The notes under the pieces are model-generated. The model did not search any database and was not told the origin of the DNA. It saw nothing but the letters and a program-made list of their open reading frames with translations. Below, in pieces: positions 53,785 to 61,005 of a DNA stretch of 61,005 nt. The position numbers were made by a program, and so were the translations under genes. Numbering within the stretch: the stretch's first letter is position 1; every line of letters starts with the position of its first letter. Source of the DNA: a virus (lineage: Duplodnaviria; Caudoviricetes); IMG/VR virus record IMGVR_UViG_3300046796_000499, positions 1-61,005 of that record. One strand, given 5' to 3'.

Positions 53785-55583
53785 AGCTGGTAGCCCTGCA
53801 CCCGTAGGCTCGAGACCGGGTTGGCGTTGTAGCCCGCACCCGGAACCAAAAACCGCAGCGCCAGCAGGGTGGAGCCCGCCGCCGCGATGGCGTCGTAATT
53901 GTCATTTCCGCGCAACGGGACCCAGACATCGTGTGTCTCGAGCAGGTTCAACGTGCCGCCCGAGTCGTTGCGCATTTGCCGAGTGCTGTAGGCCAGGGTC
54001 ACCACCACCCCGCCGATGTCCGCGCGGAGCTGCGATTCGGTGAGCGCCTTGGCGGTGAGGATGGAGTGAACCACCTGCAGCTCCAGCAATACCCCCGCCG
54101 CGGTTTTGGGGATCCCCGGGCCGCCCGCCGAAATCGTGGCCACTTGGGAATGCTCGCTCGCCGGGTTGGCCAGCGCGTCATCGGTGAAGGCCCCCGGATC
54201 GATGTTCACCAAGAGAGTGAAGTTCGGGCCCGGGGCGTTGGCTCCCGCGTAGGTCACCGAACGGGTGGGCCAGATGTATTTTTGGTCCACGCTCGAACCG
54301 CTCGGGGGATACACGTCCGTCCCCGCCGTGCCGACCGCGGCGTAACAGACCACCTGCCCCCAGGCCCCGGTGGTCTCGCCGAAATGCACCGGCAGCACCG
54401 TGGGCTCGATGATGCCGTTTTTATGGATGTTCCCGCCGCCGTCGGGACCGTTGAGCACGACCAAGATCCCGCGCGGCCCTTGCGGGTAGCGCCCCGCCTG
54501 CCGGAGGCGGGTGGTGTCGTTGGCCGGGAGCGAGGCCTGGCTGTAGCGGACCCAGCGTGGATAGCCCCTCGGAAAGAACGCCCCGAGCGTAATGACCGTA
54601 TCGGCCACGAGCGCGAACGCCCCCGAGCGCACGGTGGCCGTTTCGAAATTGAAGCCGTTGAAGCTCGCGCCCGGGGCCGTGGTGTCGTTGAACAGGGCGA
54701 GCGAGGGGGACGGGTCGTTCCTCCGGATCTGCCCGCCGCTCCAGTAGCCGGCGAAATGGCTGCGGTAGTAGCCCCGCAGCCGTCGACCGTTCACCCCCGC
54801 CGAAGCTTGCGGGGTAAATTCTGCCTCGTAGAGCGGGGTGCGCACGACCGCCGCGCCCACGGGAGCACCGAACGGGTGGCGCGTGCCCCACTCGCACCGA
54901 TCGGTGGTGAGCGGGCGAATGTCGAACAGGTCGGAGTCGGCAAAGGAGGTGGCATCGGTGCGGACGTGCACAGCCGCCAGCGGCATCCAGTTGGCATCGA
55001 TGTCCGGGATGCCGGCGCCCTGCACCCCGCGCCGGATGCGGAAGGTGAAGGCGCTCGCCTGCACCTTGTTCACGAGCTGAGGATTGAATACCTGGAGCAC
55101 CTCATCAAAAACTTGCCGGTTGGCCTGCTGCGCCACCGCATCGGCCGCCACCTGGCACTCGATGATATCCCACCTGACCCCCGGGCCCGCGTTGGCCAGG
55201 AAGGTGAGCTGGGCCGGGTCATTCAGCCCAGGGGAAAAGCCGAAAATCCACGGGGTATCGTTCGCCGTCAGGCCCGCGCGCACCGGCTGGTAGAAGGCCG
55301 CGCCGCCCGGATCGACCGCGCAAAACGTGGTGCCGGGCCGCACCATCAGACCACTCAGGCACTGGTGAGCCACCTCATCGGTCGGCACTGCCGCGTCCGC
55401 GATCGATTCATAGGCGGAGTGCGTGCCTGGATTGCTGTAGAAACCGCCGGCGAGCTTGGGGGCCGTGAGCCAGCGGGCGATTTCCCCCGAGCGCTGGGCC
55501 TCGAGGCTCTGCAGATCGAGGATATCCACCGGCTCGGCGCGTTCATCGATGGCAATTAAAATGCTCTTGTTACCGCTGCTCAT
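53781..55583 (-). CDS. Tail fibre / distal baseplate protein
   Basis: 600 aa after the wedge genes; N-terminus RWDIIE...PDIDANWMPLAAVHV...DIRPL is typical of fibre anchors. Confidence 0.6.
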   Translation of the reverse strand: MSSGNKSILIAIDERAEPVDILDLQSLEAQRSGEIARWLTAPKLAGGFYSNPGTHSAYESIADAAVPTDEVAHQCLSGLMVRPGTTFCAVDPGGAAFYQPVRAGLTANDTPWIFGFSPGLNDPAQLTFLANAGPGVRWDIIECQVAADAVAQQANRQVFDEVLQVFNPQLVNKVQASAFTFRIRRGVQGAGIPDIDANWMPLAAVHVRTDATSFADSDLFDIRPLTTDRCEWGTRHPFGAPVGAAVVRTPLYEAEFTPQASAGVNGRRLRGYYRSHFAGYWSGGQIRRNDPSPSLALFNDTTAPGASFNGFNFETATVRSGAFALVADTVITLGAFFPRGYPRWVRYSQASLPANDTTRLRQAGRYPQGPRGILVVLNGPDGGGNIHKNGIIEPTVLPVHFGETTGAWGQVVCYAAVGTAGTDVYPPSGSSVDQKYIWPTRSVTYAGANAPGPNFTLLVNIDPGAFTDDALANPASEHSQVATISAGGPGIPKTAAGVLLELQVVHSILTAKALTESQLRADIGGVVVTLAYSTRQMRNDSGGTLNLLETHDVWVPLRGNDNYDAIAAAGSTLLALRFLVPGAGYNANPVSSLRVQGYQL

Positions 55584-55589
55584 ATTCTC

Positions 55590-56927
55590 TCACCTCAAAA
55601 AGATCTGGAACGCGACTCCCGCCGCGCGCGCCGCGTTGAGCTCCTGCCAGAGCTGAGAAATCAATGCATTGAACTGAACTGGGCCGCCACCCCAGATCCC
55701 GAGGCCCCACGCGTTCGGGTGCCCCAGGGGGTAGGTGGCCGAGCCCCAGGGCATGCCGAACTCGCCCAGGCCGACCGAGTCCACGAATACCGCGAAGTAG
55801 CGCACCTGCCGCACCCGCGGCAGCATCACGATCCCCTGGCCCACGAGCTCGCTACCCGGTACGCGCGGCTCATGCTCGAACGTGCCCACGCCCCAGGGGT
55901 GCACGCCCCAGGTGAACCCCATCAGCGTCTCGGGGTCGCCGGTCTCCAGGTATTCGTAGCCGATGCCCCGGCTGCCGAGGATGCGGTCCAGGATCCGGAT
56001 GTGGCTCGCGGGCGAAATGATGTCCGCCAGCTCGCCCAGGCGCGCGCGGAAATTGTCGTCGCTCTCGCCCGTCACCCGCGCGATGTTCCGATCGGTGCCG
56101 AGCGCGCCGAGCGCGTCGGGTACGCCCTCCGTGATGGCCTCGGGCTGGGTCACGGTCAGGCCCAGATCCGCGTATTCCTCCACCTCCACCGTGACCGCCA
56201 CGCCCACGTCCGCCACGGCATCGAGCGGCAGATCCACCGTGATGCCGAGCTCCCCATTGACATCGAGCGTCACCGCGAGGATGCGGCGCGGGGTGGTGGC
56301 GTTCAGACTCGCCAGCGCCCCCACGAGCCGCACGTAGCGGCCCACGAACCCCGGCTCGAACCGATCGGACAGCCCCGTCAGGCCCGCCACGCGCTGGAAG
56401 GTGGTGGGGGTGATGACCGTGCACGGCACCTCCACCGTGCCCTGGGCTTGAAATTCGGTGATGAACCCAGGCGCCAGGTTTCCGGTGTAGCCGGGGAACT
56501 CCGCCGCGACCGGGACCGTGAACGGCCCGAGCGAGCCCGCCGGCAGGGCCACCTCCGCGGTGGATAGGTAGCGCCCCAAAAACAGCTCGTCCCCGAGGCT
56601 ATCGGTGGTGAGCGCCCGGAAGATCGTCCCCTGGGCGAGCACCAGCGCGCCTTGCGTGGGGGCCGCGCGCGCCACGATGACCTGGCCCGTCGCCGCCCGC
56701 GCGCTGGCCGCAATCGGGCCCGTAGCGGTCGAGTGAGGCCGAAGGTAGTAGCCCTGCTGCGAAAGGTTCGCGGCATCCTCCACCGTCGCCCACATCGCCG
56801 CGTGCGCCGCGGGGATGTCCAGGCCGACTCCCCCGCCCTCGCTTTCGATCGGCTCGGTGTAGCTGCCCGGCAGCACCCGCCGCCAGAGCTCGAGAAAATC
56901 GGCTTGAGTGAACGGCCGCAACGCCAT
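55590..56927 (-). CDS. Baseplate wedge protein (gpI-like)
   Basis: Follows baseplate J; LGALGTDRNIARVTGESDDNFRARL; C-terminal RAAGV. Confidence 0.7.
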   Translation of the reverse strand: MALRPFTQADFLELWRRVLPGSYTEPIESEGGGVGLDIPAAHAAMWATVEDAANLSQQGYYLRPHSTATGPIAASARAATGQVIVARAAPTQGALVLAQGTIFRALTTDSLGDELFLGRYLSTAEVALPAGSLGPFTVPVAAEFPGYTGNLAPGFITEFQAQGTVEVPCTVITPTTFQRVAGLTGLSDRFEPGFVGRYVRLVGALASLNATTPRRILAVTLDVNGELGITVDLPLDAVADVGVAVTVEVEEYADLGLTVTQPEAITEGVPDALGALGTDRNIARVTGESDDNFRARLGELADIISPASHIRILDRILGSRGIGYEYLETGDPETLMGFTWGVHPWGVGTFEHEPRVPGSELVGQGIVMLPRVRQVRYFAVFVDSVGLGEFGMPWGSATYPLGHPNAWGLGIWGGGPVQFNALISQLWQELNAARAAGVAFQIFLR

Positions 56928-56928
56928 T

Positions 56929-58068
56929 TCAGAGGCCGTTCACTGTCACGAGGTCCAGGCTCGTTTTGATGACCTCCTGATCTGCCGGCTGGATGTCCCC
57001 CGCCGGCAGCTGCACCGCCGCGTCCCCCACGATGGCCCCGGGGATGCTGCGGGCGAGCGCGAACAGGAGCGAGCGCTGCAGCGGCTCGCGCGGAAAGAGG
57101 GTATTGACCGCCGCCACCGTGATGGCCTTCAATTGATTGACGGCCGCCCGGGTGTCGGTGCCCGAACGGAACGAGATCTGGTAGGCGATGGTCTCGAGCC
57201 GGGGCCGGGTGGTGAACACCGGCACGATGATCCCGCCCGCGCGGAACTCCCGGAGGCGCTGGTTGACCGCCGCCGTCAGCACCTGGTTGCTCCGGCCGAG
57301 CTCGTCCGCCACGAATAGCCGGACCTCGCCGGTGGGCAAGCCATCGAGCCCCAGGATCTCCTCGGCCGTGGCGGCCACCACCCCGTCCACCCCGAGCGCG
57401 CCGGCCTCGATCGCCGGCAGGGTCCCGCGCCGGGCCGTCACGAAAAACAGCCGCGCGCGAGCCCGGAGGCTCGCGTCCGTCTCGATGTCCGTACCGCCGC
57501 TCGCCGGCTCGGGGTTGGTGACCAGGATCGTCGCGTCCGCCGGGGTCTGGCTGAATTGGCGGATCTCCCCCTGCTCCACGTTGCCCCCCGTGCCGCTCAG
57601 CACCGCCTGGGCCCGGACCGAGATAGGGCCCGTGGAATTGAGCGGGAAGCTCGCCGCCTCGGTGAACGCGTACTCGGTGCCCCCGGTCGTGCGGACCTTG
57701 GTGCCCACGTCCAAAGTCACCACCGCCCCGGAGCTCGGCGGGATGGGACGGGTCAGCTCGAGCGGCACCACCGCCTGGGCCGATTGCTTGCGGACGATCT
57801 CGGGACTGAAGCGATCGGCCACCAGCCGATCGAGGTCCTCGTCCTCGGCCGAATCGAGGTAGAGCGCCGCCATCCGCAGCGCCAGGTGGCGGAGCGTTTC
57901 GTCCCCCATCGCGCTGCAGGCGGCCAGCACGATGTTGATGTCCGTGCCCGGGGTGAACACCGCCTGGGGCGAAACGCGCGCGCCGGGCGGGCGGTTCTGA
58001 CCTCGGGAAAAGACTTCGCCGGCGCCGACCTGGAACAGGTCCTCGCGGGTCGGGAGCGCAGCCACCAT
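56929..58068 (-). CDS. Baseplate J/gp47-like protein
   Basis: YLDSAEDEDLDRL; GTGGNV; ASGGTDIETDASLRAR; RGT. Confidence 0.9.
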   Translation of the reverse strand: MVAALPTREDLFQVGAGEVFSRGQNRPPGARVSPQAVFTPGTDINIVLAACSAMGDETLRHLALRMAALYLDSAEDEDLDRLVADRFSPEIVRKQSAQAVVPLELTRPIPPSSGAVVTLDVGTKVRTTGGTEYAFTEAASFPLNSTGPISVRAQAVLSGTGGNVEQGEIRQFSQTPADATILVTNPEPASGGTDIETDASLRARARLFFVTARRGTLPAIEAGALGVDGVVAATAEEILGLDGLPTGEVRLFVADELGRSNQVLTAAVNQRLREFRAGGIIVPVFTTRPRLETIAYQISFRSGTDTRAAVNQLKAITVAAVNTLFPREPLQRSLLFALARSIPGAIVGDAAVQLPAGDIQPADQEVIKTSLDLVTVNGL

Positions 58069-58081
58069 GGGCCGGATCCTA

Positions 58082-58984
58082 TCAGGGAATCGCGATGGGG
58101 ACGACCAGCCCCAGCGGATCGCCGCCGTTCGGGGTCACCCGGATCGTGGCGAGCACGGTGCCGGTCGTGCCCGCCGCCAGAGCGAGCACCACGACCGCCT
58201 CGAGGACGTCCGGCTCCTGGAGGATCTGGGCGCGGATGCGCGCGCGCAGCCGATCGACCGCGTCCACCGTGAGCAGGCCCTTGATCTTCTGCCCCGCGCC
58301 GTAGTCCGGCAGATGAAAGAATCCGCCCGCCGCCGTCGTCACCCGCCGCAGCACGCGCTTGCGCAGGCTCGCCTCGAGCGACTTGTCCAGACCGAAATCG
58401 CCCGTGTCGGTGAGCTGGTAGGTGCCGAGCAAGGGCGGCAGCCGTAGCACGTCCCGACTGACGAACGGATTGGCTAGATCCTGCAGTCGGTCACCGTCTC
58501 GGGCATCGGTCTGGCGGGTGTCGCGCCGCAGCACCAGCCCCACGAGGCTCGCGCAACTGCACCCCCCCGTCGCCACCCCGAGCGCGTCCAAATGCAGCTC
58601 GTAGGGGATGCCGGGGCCCAGGTTGCCATCGAACCAGACGAGAAAGAACGGAAGGTCCACGAGCGAGAGCTGCGGCCACTCATCGGTCCAGACCGCCAGC
58701 TCCGCCGCGTCCGGCACCGCCGCCACGAACTGCACCAGCCGCAGCAGGGCGCCCGGCTCCCCGGAGAGCAGGGTCCAGTTGCCCGGAAACAGGGGCCCGC
58801 TCGTGTTGCCCGGATTGGGTACCCCGATGTCCCCCACGTAGCTCACCGCCGCCAGGTTGGCCGCGATGAGCACACCACCGAGCAGGCCGAACGAGTCGCC
58901 GGGAGTGCCCGTCCCGAGCGGCATCGTGCCCAAGGGGCCCGTTCCCAGGCCCGATCCCGGCAAAAATAAACACTCGCACGCCAT
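58082..58984 (-). CDS. Baseplate wedge gp25/W-like protein with N-terminal extension
   Basis: C-terminus SLRKRVLRRVTTAAGGFFHLPDYGAG...QILQEPDV. Confidence 0.7.
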   Translation of the reverse strand: MACECLFLPGSGLGTGPLGTMPLGTGTPGDSFGLLGGVLIAANLAAVSYVGDIGVPNPGNTSGPLFPGNWTLLSGEPGALLRLVQFVAAVPDAAELAVWTDEWPQLSLVDLPFFLVWFDGNLGPGIPYELHLDALGVATGGCSCASLVGLVLRRDTRQTDARDGDRLQDLANPFVSRDVLRLPPLLGTYQLTDTGDFGLDKSLEASLRKRVLRRVTTAAGGFFHLPDYGAGQKIKGLLTVDAVDRLRARIRAQILQEPDVLEAVVVLALAAGTTGTVLATIRVTPNGGDPLGLVVPIAIP

Positions 58985-58988
58985 CGGT

Positions 58989-60566
58989 TTACGGCAGGCC
59001 GATCAGGGTAAACGTGGCCTTTCCACCTTTGTTCCCTTGGCCCGGGGTCATGTTGCCACCGTTCGTGGATGTGACGGCTCCTCCGCCGCCCGCGCCACCG
59101 CCGCCTGCCGCGCCCGCCGCGCCGTCGCCTGCCGCCTGGGCCCCGGCACCGCGTGCCGAGGCGCCGCCGCCGCTGCCCGTGGCGCCAACGGTGTCGGTCG
59201 CATCCACGCCCGGCGTACCGTTCTTGGGCCCGGCAATCAGGCCACCGAGTCCGCCCCCTCCCACGGCCAGACCCGTCGCCGAATTGCCCGTCGAGCCGCC
59301 ATCGCCGCCGTTACTCGCCGCCGCCGCGGCTGTCGTGCCGCCACTGCCGCCGCCGGCGCTGCCGCGTAGGCTACTGCCGCCAGCGGTGACGATTCCGCCA
59401 GAGTTAGGGTCTCCTCCGCCTCCGCCGCCGCCATCGGTGGCATTACCGGCTAGGCCGGCGCCCGCACCGCCCGAGTTCTGCACACCAAAGCCGCCACCAA
59501 AAGAATAGTTATCGTGCTCGGTCGAGCTGCCGCCGCCGCCGCTGCTCGCGCCCGTGCTCGCTGGACGGCCGCCGTTTCCGCTGGCGAGCACGTTGCCATT
59601 GCCCCAGAGGCCTCCGCCGCCCCCGCCGTTGCCCGCGACTCCGCCTCCCGTACCCGGAGCCCCCGAACCTGCAAAGCCCTTGAACCCGGTTCCGGAAAAC
59701 AGCGCCCCGCCGGAGGCGGCCACCCCGCTGCCGCCGTTGGCCGAACCCACTCCGGCCGCGAGCGTGCCGCCGGCGCCGCCATCGGGCAAAGTGAGCACTA
59801 CGGGTAGCATCGCGATGAACTGCTGGCGGGTCATCAGCCAGCGATGGCAGGCCCCGCCACCGCTCGCCGCGCCGCCCAAGACGTTGGTGTTAGCCCCGCG
59901 TGCGCCCGCACCCGAGCCCCCGGAGGGGCCGCGCAAAATGCACAGAAAGAAATTGCCGGGGGGGATGTCCGCCGCCGTCGTGAAGGTGGGAGCGGTGGAG
60001 AAATCGTAAACAGTGCGGCTCGCAAAGCCGTTGGCCGAGCCCGTCGCGCGAACAAAGGTCGCCTCGAGCGCCAGTGTGAGCTCGTGGACCCAGCGCCACC
60101 ACGCCGCAAAGCGCCGCGTGTTCAAGCTCGCGATCGTGTAATCGTCGGCATTGTCCTCGGCCGCCTCGATCTGCGCCGCGCCTGCATTGACCATACTGGC
60201 GCTCGCGTCGCCCACCTCGTTCAGGGCCGGGATGGTGAGGCCAAAGATCGGCGTTCTCACCTTGAACGTGCGGACCTCGCGCCGTTCGCTCGGGCGGCCC
60301 TCGTCCTCGATGAGCTGGATCCGATAGGTGCCCGGCTGGCTCGCCGTGGGACTGAACGTCCACACCTTCGGGCCCGTCTGCACCAGCGAGGCCACCGCGG
60401 TGGTGTCACCGGGCGGCACCCAGAGCAGTCGGAATCGGGTGGTGGTCCCGAGCCCCGTATTGGTGAGCGTGACCAGCTGGCCGCCGCTCTTGCCATCGGT
60501 GCGTGACTTGCCAGCCGTGCCCGCCGGGGCGAGGGTGGCCTGGTCGATCTTGACTTGGGCGCTCAT
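58989..60566 (-). CDS. Glycine-rich tail fibre/appendage protein
   Basis: Ig-like N-terminus (WTFSPTASQPGTYRIQL) and a long GGG-rich C-terminal half. Confidence 0.65.
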   Translation of the reverse strand: MSAQVKIDQATLAPAGTAGKSRTDGKSGGQLVTLTNTGLGTTTRFRLLWVPPGDTTAVASLVQTGPKVWTFSPTASQPGTYRIQLIEDEGRPSERREVRTFKVRTPIFGLTIPALNEVGDASASMVNAGAAQIEAAEDNADDYTIASLNTRRFAAWWRWVHELTLALEATFVRATGSANGFASRTVYDFSTAPTFTTAADIPPGNFFLCILRGPSGGSGAGARGANTNVLGGAASGGGACHRWLMTRQQFIAMLPVVLTLPDGGAGGTLAAGVGSANGGSGVAASGGALFSGTGFKGFAGSGAPGTGGGVAGNGGGGGGLWGNGNVLASGNGGRPASTGASSGGGGSSTEHDNYSFGGGFGVQNSGGAGAGLAGNATDGGGGGGGDPNSGGIVTAGGSSLRGSAGGGSGGTTAAAAASNGGDGGSTGNSATGLAVGGGGLGGLIAGPKNGTPGVDATDTVGATGSGGGASARGAGAQAAGDGAAGAAGGGGAGGGGAVTSTNGGNMTPGQGNKGGKATFTLIGLP

Positions 60567-60596
60567 CTCCCCCCGAGGATACCAGGGGGCCGCCGG

Positions 60597-61004
60597 CTAG
60601 TCGCCCTTGATGCGCGCGCTCAGGGCATCGCCCGCCACCGCCGCCGCCTGGAAGCGCGCTCTCTGGTCCTCGCTCTGGACGATGGCCGCCACCACCGCGC
60701 CGATCTGATCGGGGGTAATCGACCCGGGCGCCAGCAGATTGAGCGCCGTATACACGGCCAGATCCGCCTCGCCGTTCTTGGTGACATATTTGGTCACCGC
60801 GTCGATCCAGCCGTTGAGGGCCTCCACGAATCGCTCGCCCCGCACGTAGCTCTGCAGGGCATCGCGCACCGCGAGCTTGACCGTTTCGGTCGCCTCGATG
60901 ATCTGGCTCTTGGCCTGGATGTGGCGGTCTCCGGCGTACTCCTCGCGGCGGTGGTGGCTGCTGCTCACGATCTCGGTGTCAAACGGAGACACGGACAGAT
61001 CCGA
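60597..61004 (-). CDS. Probable baseplate spike (gpV-like), C-terminal part, truncated by the window end
   Basis: Frame open to the window edge; lies upstream of the wedge genes; VKL...QSYVRGERF motif. Confidence 0.5.
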   Translation of the reverse strand, partial: SDLSVSPFDTEIVSSSHHRREEYAGDRHIQAKSQIIEATETVKLAVRDALQSYVRGERFVEALNGWIDAVTKYVTKNGEADLAVYTALNLLAPGSITPDQIGAVVAAIVQSEDQRARFQAAAVAGDALSARIKGD

Positions 61005-61005
61005 G

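Noticed and set aside
59040-59900. GGC-rich repeats as a tandem array or PE-PGRS gene
   Set aside because: Explained by the glycine-rich coding sequence of a fibre protein; no PE domain.
1-61005. Frequent CTCGAG/GAGCTC/GATC palindromes as a signal
   Set aside because: Largely explained by Leu-Glu, Glu-Leu and Ile codon usage at high GC; I could not compute enrichment.
1-61005. tRNA, rRNA, reverse transcriptase/DGR, integrase, transposase
   Set aside because: No cloverleaf, YxDD-type RT, recombinase or DDE motifs recognised by eye.

Overview
Almost the whole genome of a high-GC (roughly 70% by eye) contractile-tailed dsDNA phage, circularly permuted. The window starts inside the 5' part of the tape-measure gene and ends inside a probable baseplate spike gene. 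Nearly all genes are on the minus strand. In transcription order (right to left): baseplate/fibre genes; a divergent holin-like gene and CHAP endolysin; an early module (DUF6744-like protein, two orphan DNA methyltransferases, RavA/ViaA-like AAA+/vWA pair, PD-(D/E)XK exonuclease, Sak4-like ATPase, SSB, replication initiator, RuvC-like resolvase, two ASCH proteins, many small ORFs); TerS about 9 kb upstream of TerL; portal; a 1182-aa MuF fusion; scaffold; major capsid; neck proteins; sheath; tube; tail chaperone with a -1 frameshift; tape measure. The best candidate for a new system is a three-gene cassette after the portal: a MuF head protein carrying a C-terminal ADP-ribosyltransferase-like domain, a translationally coupled 110-aa putative immunity protein, and a DarG/TARG1-class macrodomain. 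Also notable: a metzincin lipoprotein next to the capsid gene, many apparently leaderless late genes, and a repeated hairpin+GAAAG leader motif. I saw no integrase, DNA polymerase, primase/helicase, tRNA or CRISPR array. A myxobacterial host is only an inference from GC content and lipoprotein style. All family calls come from motif recognition by eye, not database searches.
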